A DNA stretch of 64,000 nucleotides, taken from contig CAWFJP010000013.1 in assembly GCA_963816145.1 (NCBI GenBank), forward strand, positions 64,001 through 128,000. The letters run 5' to 3'. The notes below the pieces were generated by a model. The model searched no databases, was not told where the DNA came from, and was given only the letters and a program-made list of their open reading frames with translations. This stretch comes from an uncultured delta proteobacterium. Its GTDB lineage: Bacteria; Desulfobacterota; Binatia; UBA9968. Every line of letters begins with the position of its first letter. Positions within the stretch are counted from its first letter, which is position 1. The position numbers were made by a program, and so were the translations under genes. Below, in pieces: positions 18,335-28,578 of this stretch.

Positions 18335-20029
18335 CTAATCTTGCAGCCCGTATCGCTGGGCGACGGCGCGGAACAGCGAGCCGACACACACCGTGCCGAT
18401 GGTGATGACGATACTGAAGGCGGCCAGCTCGCCGACATGGCCGTTGTCCCATAGCTCCCAGATCGTCACGGCGACCACTTGCGAGCCGGGCGAGTAAAGC
18501 AGCAGGGCGATGGACAGCTCCTTGAACGTAATCAGGAAGATGTAGATCCATCCAGCCAGCAACGCTGGCATGATCAGCGGTATGACGACATGGCGGACCA
18601 TTTGGAACCAGGTCGCGCCGCTGGTCATGGCGCCTTCTTCGAGTTCTTTGTGCAGGCTCAGAAGCGCCGAATGGCTGAAGCGAATGCCATAGGGCAGGTA
18701 ACGGGCAACGAACGCCAGCACCAGAATCCAGATCGTGCCGTACACGGGAACCGGCAGGTAGAGGTACATTTTCAAAATCGCGATGCCCATGACGATGCCG
18801 GGAAACACTAGCGGCAGCATGGCCATATGATCGAGAATCCAACGGGCCCTGATCGACGCGCGGACAATGATCCAGGCGGCCAGGAAGGTTATGAACACTG
18901 CAATCGTCGCCGAAGAAATGCTGACGGTGAGGCTGTTCAGCACCGATCGAATGACACCGCTATCGTTGAACGCCGTCATATAATTATTGAAGGTGAGTAA
19001 CTCCAGCGCCTTACGCGATGGCACTTGGGCAAAAGGCAAGAAGGAAGACCAGGTTATCGCGATGATCGGAAAAAATTGCAGCAGTGGCAGTACCAGCATC
19101 AACAAACCGCCCAACCAGCGCCACTTGCCCAGCGCGACCCGGGTAGGCCGGAAGTTTTTGCCGCTGATGGTGGTGAACTTATAGGTCTTGCTGGTAATGC
19201 GGTAATAGGGGATCAGGCCCAATGCTACCAGGACGATGAGAATGATCGAGTAGGCGCTGGCTTCGCCGTATTTTGGGATTAATCCGCCTTTGATTTGCAG
19301 ATAGATCTTTGTCGTCAACACTTCGACTCCGGCGGGAATGCCGATCAATGCCGGAATCTCGAAAGCTTCAAGGGAGCGAATGATCGTCAGAATGAGCACT
19401 GCTAGCACACTGGGGAGGGCCAGCGGAAAGGTGACACGCTGAAAGACTTGCCAGCCGGTGCTGCCGGCAGTGGTGGCGGCCTCTTCCAGAGACGGATCCA
19501 TGGAGCGAAATGGCGTCGACATCAGCAAGAAAACGATGGGAATCCATAAAAAGCTTTCCACCAGCACCATGCCGCCCATGGAAAAAATGTTAAACAAAGG
19601 TTGGCCGGTATAGGCGATCACCGGCGCATTCAACATACCTGCTTTAGGTCCGAGCAGCATGATCCAGCCGACAACTTTGATGATACCCGGAATGGCGAAG
19701 GAGACATACGCCGAAATATAGGCAAGCTTGCGGAACGGTGCGTCACTCCGCTCGGCGAGCCAGGCCAGCGCGGTGCCGTAAACCAAGGCGACGGATGAAC
19801 TCCCAAAAGAATAAATCAACGAGTTGGTCAGCAGGGTTTTCACGTCGCCAAGCGAATCGATGATGTTGGCGAAATGCTGAATCGTGAAACTGCCGGCTTG
19901 CAGGCCGCGGTCGGTGACGAGGCTGGTATGGAGGATGAAAAAGAACGGCGGCAGAACCAAATAAGCCAGTGTCACGCCGGTGAGCAAAAACATGATCTGG
20001 GTAGGATTTCGCATCATCATAGCGAACAT
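18335..20029 (-). CDS. ABC transporter permease, FbpB/AfuB-like (two fused TM domains)
   Basis: Many hydrophobic segments; two EAA-like motifs (SLEEAATTAG, ELEEGAMTSGA); start set at ATG 20029. Confidence 0.9.
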   Translation of the reverse strand: MFAMMMRNPTQIMFLLTGVTLAYLVLPPFFFILHTSLVTDRGLQAGSFTIQHFANIIDSLGDVKTLLTNSLIYSFGSSSVALVYGTALAWLAERSDAPFRKLAYISAYVSFAIPGIIKVVGWIMLLGPKAGMLNAPVIAYTGQPLFNIFSMGGMVLVESFLWIPIVFLLMSTPFRSMDPSLEEAATTAGSTGWQVFQRVTFPLALPSVLAVLILTIIRSLEAFEIPALIGIPAGVEVLTTKIYLQIKGGLIPKYGEASAYSIILIVLVALGLIPYYRITSKTYKFTTISGKNFRPTRVALGKWRWLGGLLMLVLPLLQFFPIIAITWSSFLPFAQVPSRKALELLTFNNYMTAFNDSGVIRSVLNSLTVSISSATIAVFITFLAAWIIVRASIRARWILDHMAMLPLVFPGIVMGIAILKMYLYLPVPVYGTIWILVLAFVARYLPYGIRFSHSALLSLHKELEEGAMTSGATWFQMVRHVVIPLIMPALLAGWIYIFLITFKELSIALLLYSPGSQVVAVTIWELWDNGHVGELAAFSIVITIGTVCVGSLFRAVAQRYGLQD

Positions 20030-20144
20030 AAGAGCACCCCTTTCAAACCGGCCAATCTGGTCCCCCGGCAACGGCCAGGCGCAGTCCATCGACTGGGAGA
20101 TATATATTACAAATCGCGCACGTAAGACAATTGGCTTGCGGGAA

Positions 20145-20233
20145 GAAGTTCAGGAGTCAGTAGTTAGGAGTCAGGAGCAAAGCCGGAAGAAAACCCGACC
20201 TTCCTCACTCCTTACTTTTTAACTCCTGACTTC
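20145..20233. repeat. Inverted tandem heptamer (AGGAGTC) hairpin
   Basis: AGGAGTC AGTAGTT AGGAGTC AGGAG / CTCCTTA CTTTTTAA CTCCTGA CTTC, abutting the stop of the 20235-21431 gene. Confidence 0.75.
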
Positions 20234-20234
20234 C

Positions 20235-21431
20235 CTACGCCCACGGGCCGATGTAGGGCTCGCCGGTGTAGGTGTCGGTTAGCGGTTCGAGGATGTCCGG
20301 CCAGTGGTTCGGATCGACTTTGCGGCGCAATTCTTTGGGCCGGGGTTTTCCCTCCCAGCCTATCTGCTCCATGGCGTAATAGAGCTCGATGCAGTGGCCG
20401 TCGGGATCGAAGGCGTAGGCGGCGTAATCGATGCCGGGGTGAAGTTCCGGCGGGATAATATCGGTCTCGACGCGCACGCCGTTGTCGCGCAGGAACTTTA
20501 CCCCGTCTTTCAATTGCCGGTAGTTTGCCAATTGCAAGCCGAAGGACATGCTCGACGTGGTCTCGCTCAGGCCGAGTTTTTTGCGCCACGACTTCGGAAA
20601 AATTCCCAGAGAATGATGCTCGTTGTTGCAGCGCAGGAAGGCGCAGCGTTCGCCCTGCCACTCGACCTCTTCAGTCAGGGTGAAGCCGAGCACTTGGGTG
20701 TGCCAGCGTTTGAGTTTATCATAATCGTCGACAAACAGTTTCACCGGACCGACGCGGGTGATTTTAAACGGTTGCGGCAGCAGCAAGCCGTCGACGTTGT
20801 ATGTAAGCGGCATTTTGCTGACGTAACGGGCGCCGTCGAGGACGTTGATGCCTTGATTCAAATCATCGGTGATGAGCTGGTAGTCCGGTAGCTGGGGTTC
20901 TTTGGGCGCTACCGCGGTGCCGTGGCGCATGGCGACAGGGCGGGCGTAGCCGTTCCAGCTGATCTGTTCGATGCCATAGTAGAGCTCGAAGATCTGTTCG
21001 TCCGGCGCCCAGACGTAGAGGTGGAACTGCGAGCCGCCGCCGCCGGCGCGCCCCTCGCGCATGACCTCGACGCCGATGTCGTGAAAATACTCGGTCGCCG
21101 CGGTCATTTCGGCGACACTCTGCACTTGCCAGGTAATTTGGTTGATGTCATTTTCCGCGCGGAAATGTTTGGCGTTGTGGCCGGCGTATTGGCGCTCATT
21201 GAATTTCTTTTTCTCGAACAGCGCGAACGAGTGATGATCGCCGGCATGGCGGCCAAAGTAGCCCGCGCCGGCGGGTTCGGTAATAAAAAAGCCCAGCAGA
21301 TCGAAATAGAAGCGCCGGCTGGCTTCAAGGTCCGCGGCGTTGAATCCGAAGTGACCGAGGCGCAGGATTTTAAACGGACGATCGAGCGCTACACCGCCGA
21401 CGTTGTATTTATTTGCCTTCGTTAGGGTCAT
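20235..21431 (-). CDS. Two-domain VOC (glyoxalase / extradiol dioxygenase-like) protein
   Basis: Internal duplication: PFKILRLGHFG...HHS...ELYY..EQI.W and PFKITRVGPVK...HHS...DPDGHCIELYY..EQI.W. Confidence 0.85.
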   Translation of the reverse strand: MTLTKANKYNVGGVALDRPFKILRLGHFGFNAADLEASRRFYFDLLGFFITEPAGAGYFGRHAGDHHSFALFEKKKFNERQYAGHNAKHFRAENDINQITWQVQSVAEMTAATEYFHDIGVEVMREGRAGGGGSQFHLYVWAPDEQIFELYYGIEQISWNGYARPVAMRHGTAVAPKEPQLPDYQLITDDLNQGINVLDGARYVSKMPLTYNVDGLLLPQPFKITRVGPVKLFVDDYDKLKRWHTQVLGFTLTEEVEWQGERCAFLRCNNEHHSLGIFPKSWRKKLGLSETTSSMSFGLQLANYRQLKDGVKFLRDNGVRVETDIIPPELHPGIDYAAYAFDPDGHCIELYYAMEQIGWEGKPRPKELRRKVDPNHWPDILEPLTDTYTGEPYIGPWA

Positions 21432-21497
21432 GCTGGTCCTACTCGTTTTGGCTGCGCCGATTAAGACTTGATGTTTGTGCCTAACTTGTCATTGGGA

Positions 21498-23246
21498 TTA
21501 TTTCGGCAACTTCGCTAGATCTAGCAAAATAAGGCCGTCCTGATCAAACACCGCGGCGCTTTTTTGTAGCGCTTTATTCATCAGATACTCTTTTCCCTTG
21601 ATCTCTGCCAGTCGCGGTGGAATGCGCTCGCGCCAGGGCGCGAAGTACTCGGGCGCATGGGTGGGATCGGTGAAATCCCGTGTGTTGACCAACAGGTGAG
21701 TCACGCCGAATTCTTGCCGCAACCGCACCAGTGGTACGCTGTCGGTGCTCAAATAAGCATCGAACATTGCATTCATTCTTTCGCGTAGGGTAGTCATGTA
21801 AGTTAAATGCAGCACTTGATGCGTCGCTGCGGTAAAAAAGACATTGCGTCTAGTGACGTATTCGACGTTCCGTATCTCCGCGGCTGGCCAGCCGGCGATA
21901 ACAACATCCTTCGGCAATGTGGTGATCGCCTGGGCCAACGGTTTCGACAATTGGGTTTCAGAGGAGGCCGCGAACTCGACGTTGCCTCTGCCACCGAATA
22001 ACATGAGATAGACGGAGATGATCGCTAGAAAGATAACCCCGTGAAATGTGGCTGAGGAGCGCAGCCGCGGTATTTGGTTTAGCAATCTGTGGAGTGACCA
22101 GGGAAATAGCAACGTGATGACAAACGGCAGCGAATACATAAAAAAGCGGTTCGGAATGTACAGATATGGTGCGCCCAGCCAAGCGAGCACGTGCAGCACC
22201 ACGCAGACTAAGAAGAAGGTGATTAGCCGAGCTGCGACGCCGCAGCGATCTTCCTTGAGCAGGGATCTAATGCTGGCCCAAACGACGACGAGGACGATGA
22301 GGCCCGTGAGCGCGACCACTGATAGCAGCGTGGTGGACGACAATTTCTTATGGGCGTTAATCCATGGCACGATGGCGTCGCCGTGGCTATACGTGGGCCC
22401 GAGAAAATAGGCGATCGATTCGGTACCGAAAAGTTTATAGGGCAGTTGGTCGTAAACACGGTAATTGCCATCGGGTCCAGCCTCCGGATAAAGCCTGATG
22501 TCGGCTGCAATAACGCGCCGGCCGTAGGGCTGGCTGTCGAGCCACATCGGTAGCAGTCCCGCCAGTGTGAGAAAGCTGGTCAGGATCATGGTTGCCAAGC
22601 GGCGCGACCCGCGCCATTGTGACACCGTCCCCAGCGCGGATAAAGGTTTTAAGAGCATCCAGCACGCGAGGCACAAGCCGCCGATGGTCGCGACGATGGG
22701 ATACAGCATGCCACTGACGATCACGGTAACCGCTAGGAGTTGAGGCCGGTCGCAAATCAGCGAATAAAGAATGAGAGCGATCACCGGGTAGGCGTACATC
22801 CGCGGCGTGGCGCCGAGAAATCCCAAGCCGATGAAACACCACGCCGTGATCGTGAGCGCCATCACCGCAAAGCTCAGCGTCGCGCCGCCCAAAAGCCAGC
22901 CTAAGCGGCCCAGGATGCCGATGAAAACGGCATAGGTCAGATACAACATGGCGAGCTGAAAATGGCGTACATCGGCAAACTGGCCGCCTACCCAAATGGA
23001 CGCCTTATATAAAGGGGGAGACAACGCATTGAGATAATACTCTTTTATATAATTCGTTGGTGTCGGATCGTTGCGGTGGAATTTGAAAAAGGGCGGAATG
23101 ACATGGCTCGCATCGAAAGGAACGAAGTATGGATCTTGCGCCAATTTCCAGTGGTGCTGAATGCCGGGCCAGAACAAAACCCCGAGCGCCAGCACGACTA
23201 AAAACAACTTTGCGGCGCCACGCATCGTCAACATCGCTCCTGACAT
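21498..23246 (-). CDS. Multi-pass membrane protein of unknown function (possibly GT-C-like)
   Basis: Roughly 10-12 hydrophobic segments, a soluble loop after the first TM and a soluble C-terminal domain; start uncertain. Confidence 0.7.
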   Translation of the reverse strand: MSGAMLTMRGAAKLFLVVLALGVLFWPGIQHHWKLAQDPYFVPFDASHVIPPFFKFHRNDPTPTNYIKEYYLNALSPPLYKASIWVGGQFADVRHFQLAMLYLTYAVFIGILGRLGWLLGGATLSFAVMALTITAWCFIGLGFLGATPRMYAYPVIALILYSLICDRPQLLAVTVIVSGMLYPIVATIGGLCLACWMLLKPLSALGTVSQWRGSRRLATMILTSFLTLAGLLPMWLDSQPYGRRVIAADIRLYPEAGPDGNYRVYDQLPYKLFGTESIAYFLGPTYSHGDAIVPWINAHKKLSSTTLLSVVALTGLIVLVVVWASIRSLLKEDRCGVAARLITFFLVCVVLHVLAWLGAPYLYIPNRFFMYSLPFVITLLFPWSLHRLLNQIPRLRSSATFHGVIFLAIISVYLMLFGGRGNVEFAASSETQLSKPLAQAITTLPKDVVIAGWPAAEIRNVEYVTRRNVFFTAATHQVLHLTYMTTLRERMNAMFDAYLSTDSVPLVRLRQEFGVTHLLVNTRDFTDPTHAPEYFAPWRERIPPRLAEIKGKEYLMNKALQKSAAVFDQDGLILLDLAKLPK

Positions 23247-23524
23247 TTGCTTGAAGCTCGTGGGATCAACTCCGCCCACCTAGGCTTGCTAGGTTCTTGC
23301 AATTTATGAACCGTTGCTAATGATGTCTAGTCACCAATCCAATTTCATACGCGAACCGGCATCAACTGGCAATGACTCGCTCTTGCAGATGCGGTCAAAA
23401 GATGATTGCGGGTCGCCCTTGCGGTTGCAAGGGATTCTGAACTTTGGGATATGATCGTAGACATGAGTTCGCTATTGCGCGGTCGGACGGCGAACTTAAA
23501 AAACATCGAGTGAAGGGCAATGCA

Positions 23525-25261
23525 ATGGCGGAAACAACGGATACTAACTGGGATCTCGAGGCGGATGTCATCGTGATCGGATCGGGCGCTGCGGGGATCC
23601 CCGCAGCGATCAAGGCAGTCGACGAAGGCGTGTCGGTGATCGTCGTCGAAGCGAACTACGATGTCGGCGGCCATGCGATCATAAGCGGCGGTCATATGGC
23701 TCTCGGCGGCGGCACCAGCGCGCAGAAGAAGTATGATATTCCCGACTCACCGGACACGGTCTTCTCCGATCTCACCGATTGGTCGGTGGTCCAGCCCAAC
23801 GGGACGCCGGATTTCCGTTACAACGATCGCGCGCTGATGCGCGCCTTCGCCGATCACTGCGCCATCGCGTTCGAGTTTCTTCTTGAAAACGGCGTCGAGT
23901 TCGCCGACAAGGCGCCGGACAACCAAGGCGCGTCGACGCTTGGCAATTCCGCGCTGCGGGAGAATCATGCGATCTGGACCAAAGGGGCCGGGCTGGAGAG
24001 TCCCAACGCGGCCAACGGCACTGCGGTGATGCGGCCGTTGGAAGCGAGCGCGCGCAAGAAGGGCGTGAAATTTTTGCTCAACTACAAAATGGCCAGCATC
24101 GTGCGCGAACCATCGCTCGATGGCCGCGCTGGCCATGTCATCGGCATCACCGCCCAGTACAACCCGCACATCATGCCCGGATCGACGACGCCGCTCAAAA
24201 GTTTTCGCTCCGAAGGCAATATCGACAGCGCCAAGCCGACGATGCAATTGCGCGCGCGCAAGGCGGTCATCGTCGCCACCGGCGGCAGCACGAGCCATCT
24301 CGAGTTTCGCCGCATGTTCGATCCGCGCTTGACCGCGGAAATTCAAGTGGGCGGCGAACCCTACAGCTATCAAGATGCCAGCGGTGAACTAGCCGGCATG
24401 GCGGTGGGCGCGGCGCTTTGGGGTTTGAACCATCAAGCGCTTGAGAACGGCGCGACCATGCGCGCGCAGCGCGCGCTGGCGACCAAATACAACTACACCA
24501 CATGGAAGCTGGAAAGTCCGATCTTCCCGCTGGTGAAATCGACCGGCTTCAACGTCAAAGATTGGCAGAATTTGATTCTCGTCAACCAGGTGGGCCGGCG
24601 CTTCTACGACGAAACCAAGGGCGACCCGCCTCATGGCAACAACGGCCATCAAGTGCCGGACTACCTACCCAACGATCATCGCAACACGGCCAAGCTTGGT
24701 TACACGCCGCACAAGTATAATTTCGTCCACGCCGCGCTGGCGATGAACGAATACTCCGAACCGCCCGACTATCCCGCAGGGCCACAGTGGGCGATCTTCG
24801 ACGCCGATGCGGTGGAGCGCGAAGGCTGGAAGGTGGTGCCGCCCTATGTCGACCCTGACGGCTATTTTTTCAGCGCGAACACGCATCCAGAGTTAGCGGC
24901 AGCGATCAAAAACGAATATCAAGCCAAGCCGATGAACGGCGAAATTCTCCAGGCGACCGTGGAGCGCTACAATTCTTTCGTCGATAAAGGAGTGGACGAA
25001 GATTTCGGCAAGCCGGCGCCCAAGTACAAGATTCACAAGCCGCCGTTCTATGCCGCGTGGGGCACGGTCATCGTTCACGACACGCGCTCCGGTCTGCGCA
25101 TCAACGGGCGTTGCCAAGTGATCGACATGAACGGCCAGGTGATTCCCGGACTTTATTGTGCCGGGGAATCGGCCGGCGGTTTCAACCAGCATGGCATGGG
25201 CCGTTGCGTTACCCAGGGATATATCTGCGGAACAGATGCTGCGAAATTACCAAAACGGTAG
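23525..25261 (+). CDS. FAD-dependent oxidoreductase (FAD_binding_2; flavocytochrome c / ketosteroid dehydrogenase-like)
   Basis: DVIVIGSGAAG, GG..IISGG, VIVATGG, GLRIN...VIPGLYCAGE; start set at MAETT. Confidence 0.88.
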   Translation: MAETTDTNWDLEADVIVIGSGAAGIPAAIKAVDEGVSVIVVEANYDVGGHAIISGGHMALGGGTSAQKKYDIPDSPDTVFSDLTDWSVVQPNGTPDFRYNDRALMRAFADHCAIAFEFLLENGVEFADKAPDNQGASTLGNSALRENHAIWTKGAGLESPNAANGTAVMRPLEASARKKGVKFLLNYKMASIVREPSLDGRAGHVIGITAQYNPHIMPGSTTPLKSFRSEGNIDSAKPTMQLRARKAVIVATGGSTSHLEFRRMFDPRLTAEIQVGGEPYSYQDASGELAGMAVGAALWGLNHQALENGATMRAQRALATKYNYTTWKLESPIFPLVKSTGFNVKDWQNLILVNQVGRRFYDETKGDPPHGNNGHQVPDYLPNDHRNTAKLGYTPHKYNFVHAALAMNEYSEPPDYPAGPQWAIFDADAVEREGWKVVPPYVDPDGYFFSANTHPELAAAIKNEYQAKPMNGEILQATVERYNSFVDKGVDEDFGKPAPKYKIHKPPFYAAWGTVIVHDTRSGLRINGRCQVIDMNGQVIPGLYCAGESAGGFNQHGMGRCVTQGYICGTDAAKLPKR

Positions 25262-25265
25262 GAAC

Positions 25266-25334
25266 CGTAAGGGGTGAGGCGTCAGGGGTAAGGGGTTCCG
25301 GACACGCCTGACGCCTTACCCCTCACCCCTTACG
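25266..25334. repeat. Inverted tandem heptamer (TAAGGGG/TGAGGCG) hairpin
   Basis: CG-TAAGGGG-TGAGGCG-TCAGGGG-TAAGGGG / CGCCTGA-CGCCTTA-CCCCTCA-CCCCTTA-CG. Confidence 0.85.
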
Positions 25335-25403
25335 AGACGCGATCTACTTCCGGAGTAAAGACAGTTCGGTTACAAAGCCGATATTCGAAAGGAACTAGGG
25401 AAC

Positions 25404-27419
25404 ATGTCACGCAATCAAATCCGTCTGGAGTTCGAAAGCACGATGCCCTTTGGCGGCGGCAAATCATTTGGCAAGACTGGTCCTTACGAGTGGCTGCATG
25501 GGATGGTGTCGTTCGCCATCGATCCGAACGAAAAAGATCTGCCGTTTGTCTGCGATTTAGAGTTTGCGCCACGCAATACCGACGGCTTGGTCGAGTTCAA
25601 AGCGGTGATCGATCTGGTTAAGCCGGTCGACATGAGCAAGAGCAATCGCAAGCTGCTGTTCGATTTCTCCAATCGCGGCGGGCGCGGCGCGTTCACGCGC
25701 TTGAACGACGGCGGTGGCGATTATGCCAAGGCCGGCGCCTCGGGCAACGGCTTCCTCAACAAGGAAGGCTACACGGTGGTCACGGCGGGCTGGCAAGGTG
25801 ACTTGGTTTATACCGGCAGCAACGTCGTCGCCTTCGTGCCAGAGGCGCGCCACAACGGCCAGCCGCTGCGTGGCAGAGTGCGTCAAGAATTTATTGCCGA
25901 CAGGCGTGGCGTCATGTCGATGCCGGTGAGCGGCGCGGCGAATATACAATGCTATCCGGTTCTTAACCGGGCCACCGCCACGCTGACGCTGCGCGAGAAA
26001 GAAGCCGACCCGCGGGTTTCAATACCGGCGAGCGAGTGGGAGTTGGCCAAGGCCAAAGAGGTCGACGGCAAGGTCGAGCTCAAGCCCTCCAACGTCGATC
26101 TCTACATCAAAGGCGGATTCAAAACGGGCTGGATCTACGAGCTGATTTACGACACCGAAGGGTCGCGGGTGATGGGGCTGGGCTTTCTCGGTTTGCGCGA
26201 TTTGATTTCTTTCTTGCGCCACGGCACCAAAGATTCCGCCGGCGCGGCCAATCCGCTCGCCGGCGCCATCGATAAGATTTACGGCTACGGCGCGTCGCTT
26301 GCCGGCCGGGTGGTGCGCGAGTTCGTCTACGAGGGATGGAACCGCGACGTCGAGGGTCGCCGGGTTTTCGACGCGGTGCAGACCCATACCGGCATCGGCC
26401 GCTTGTATCTCAATATGCGCTTCGCCCAAATCGGCCGCTACCCGCGCCAGCATGAGGAGCATTCTTATCCGTCAGAGCGTTACCCATTTAATTTTGCCGC
26501 GCTCCCCGACCCTTTCACCGGCAAAAACGAAGGCGTGATGAAGCGCCCCGAGACCGACCCGCTACTCGTGCACTGCCACACCTCGAGCGAGTACTGGGAA
26601 CGGCATGGCTCGATGACCCATACCGATCCGCGCGACGGCAGCGACGCACCGATCCCGTCCAACGTGCGCATGTACATGCTCGCCGGCTCGCCGCACGCGG
26701 CGGTCGCCGCCGACAATCCCAAATGGGTCGGCCAATTGCCGCCGAGCAATTTTTCCCCGCAGCCATTTTTGCGCGCTTGCTTTGTCTTGATGGACCGCTG
26801 GGCGAGCCACGGCAAAGTCCCGCCGGCCAACCATGTGCCGCGCCGCGACGCTGGGCAATTGGTTTCGCCCGAGGAAGCGCTGAGAAATTTCCCTAGAATC
26901 CCCGGCGTGAGTTTGCCGGCGACACCGAGCCGCTTGCCGCTGTGGAACTATGGCCCCGACTTCGACGACAAGGGCATCATGAGCATCTTTCCGCCCGAGG
27001 CGGTTCGCGGAAAAGAATATCCCATCCAAGTGCCCCAGGTGGACGCCGACGGCAACGACTTTGGCGGCGTGCGCTACCCCGATATGCAGGCGCCGATCGC
27101 CACCTATATCGGCTGGGCGCTGCGCAAAGCCGGCTTCGCCGAAGGCGAGCTGATGATGACCAACGGCTGCCTCAAAGCGTTTGCGCGCACCAAAGCCGAG
27201 CGCGAAAAGACCGGCGACCCGCGCTTGTCGATCGAAGAGCGCTATCCGACCCATCAGGCCTACGTCGACATCGTCAAACGCGCCGTAGAGGAGTTGGTCA
27301 GCGAAGGATTTATGCTGCCGGAAGACGGCGAGGACTACATCGCAGCGGCGCAGCGGAAGAACCCGCTCGACCCGACGGTGATAATCGAACCACTGGTGAC
27401 GGCGGGGAAGGAGGATTAG
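25404..27419 (+). CDS. Alpha/beta-hydrolase-domain protein
   Basis: FGKTGPYE, DL..APRN..GLVEF, NRGG, GWQGD, G.SLAGR elbow, SEYW, VPQVDADGN, SIEERY. Confidence 0.8.
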   Translation: MSRNQIRLEFESTMPFGGGKSFGKTGPYEWLHGMVSFAIDPNEKDLPFVCDLEFAPRNTDGLVEFKAVIDLVKPVDMSKSNRKLLFDFSNRGGRGAFTRLNDGGGDYAKAGASGNGFLNKEGYTVVTAGWQGDLVYTGSNVVAFVPEARHNGQPLRGRVRQEFIADRRGVMSMPVSGAANIQCYPVLNRATATLTLREKEADPRVSIPASEWELAKAKEVDGKVELKPSNVDLYIKGGFKTGWIYELIYDTEGSRVMGLGFLGLRDLISFLRHGTKDSAGAANPLAGAIDKIYGYGASLAGRVVREFVYEGWNRDVEGRRVFDAVQTHTGIGRLYLNMRFAQIGRYPRQHEEHSYPSERYPFNFAALPDPFTGKNEGVMKRPETDPLLVHCHTSSEYWERHGSMTHTDPRDGSDAPIPSNVRMYMLAGSPHAAVAADNPKWVGQLPPSNFSPQPFLRACFVLMDRWASHGKVPPANHVPRRDAGQLVSPEEALRNFPRIPGVSLPATPSRLPLWNYGPDFDDKGIMSIFPPEAVRGKEYPIQVPQVDADGNDFGGVRYPDMQAPIATYIGWALRKAGFAEGELMMTNGCLKAFARTKAEREKTGDPRLSIEERYPTHQAYVDIVKRAVEELVSEGFMLPEDGEDYIAAAQRKNPLDPTVIIEPLVTAGKED

Positions 27420-27585
27420 GAGCGTCATACAAGTCGCGAACAATGCAGCGGGGGCGAGCGGCTATCGAAGTCGGAATATCTCGATCGGAATAATATCCGG
27501 ATGGCGGCGAAGCCGATTCGGTTTAGAGAATTGATGCTGCAGTGGAGAGCGCCAGTCGATAGCGCAAGTTGCTACTCGGCTCCAA

Positions 27586-28488
27586 CTAGCGGAACGCCCC
27601 GATTCCCGGCGTTCTGACTTCGAGTTTGGCGAGGGAGCCGCGCGGGGTGAGATATAGCGTGCGGAAGTCCGGGCCGCCAAAAGCGAGGTTGCGAACCACT
27701 TCCGGCATTCGGACGATGCCGATGCGCTCACCCGATGGAGCGATCACCCAGATGCCGCCGGAGCCGACGCAAAATACTCGCCCCGCGGTGTCGACTTTCA
27801 TACCGTCGGGAACGCCGGGAGCCGCCGAGGACATATCGCAGAACACGCGGTTGTTGCTCAAGGTTCCGTTCGGAGCCACGTCGAACGCTCGGATGCGCCG
27901 ATGTGGACAAACCTCGCCGCGCTCTGCCTCCCGGAAGCAGCGCTCGTCTAGCCGGCTGATCGCTACGTACAGGACTGACTCATCAGGCGAGAACGCCAGC
28001 CCATTGGGGTACTCACATTCTTCGGTGGCCAGGTGCACCTGCCCCGTGGGATCGATGCGAAACACGCCGGAAAATCCGATCTCGCGCAGCTCTGCTGGGA
28101 CGCGCAGCCCGGGGTCGGTGAAATAGATGCTACCGTCGGAGCGGCATACCACGTCGTTCGGTTTATTAAATCGTTTGCCCTGCCAACGCTCGGCAATGGC
28201 CGTGACCGTGCCGTCTGCCTCCATCCGGGTAATACGCCGGTGATCGGCGCCTTCGCACATGATGAGACGGCCCTGCCGGTCTAGGGTACAGCCATTTCCC
28301 TCCCCGGTATTCTCCCGCACTACCGTTACCGACCCGTTCGGGTCCCAGCGCAGAAGCCGGTTTCCCTCCAGATCCACGAAGGTAACATACCCTCCCGCGT
28401 GCCAGAGCGGCCCTTCAGCGCGGCCCCAGCCAGTCGTAAGCAGGATAGGCTCGGTGGATTCGAATATGTCAGAGAGGTTCTCAGCCAT
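27586..28488 (-). CDS. SMP-30/gluconolactonase family protein
   Basis: EGPLW, PNDVV, PNGLAFSPDE, PDGMKVD, NLAFGG. Confidence 0.92.
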   Translation of the reverse strand: MAENLSDIFESTEPILLTTGWGRAEGPLWHAGGYVTFVDLEGNRLLRWDPNGSVTVVRENTGEGNGCTLDRQGRLIMCEGADHRRITRMEADGTVTAIAERWQGKRFNKPNDVVCRSDGSIYFTDPGLRVPAELREIGFSGVFRIDPTGQVHLATEECEYPNGLAFSPDESVLYVAISRLDERCFREAERGEVCPHRRIRAFDVAPNGTLSNNRVFCDMSSAAPGVPDGMKVDTAGRVFCVGSGGIWVIAPSGERIGIVRMPEVVRNLAFGGPDFRTLYLTPRGSLAKLEVRTPGIGAFR

Positions 28489-28578
28489 CGTGCACCTCGT
28501 GGTTTTGCGTGATCGATATGGAACAATCCGAGAGATTACGACGATGCTCTTTACTCTCTCTCAGACACATCTGGGGCA

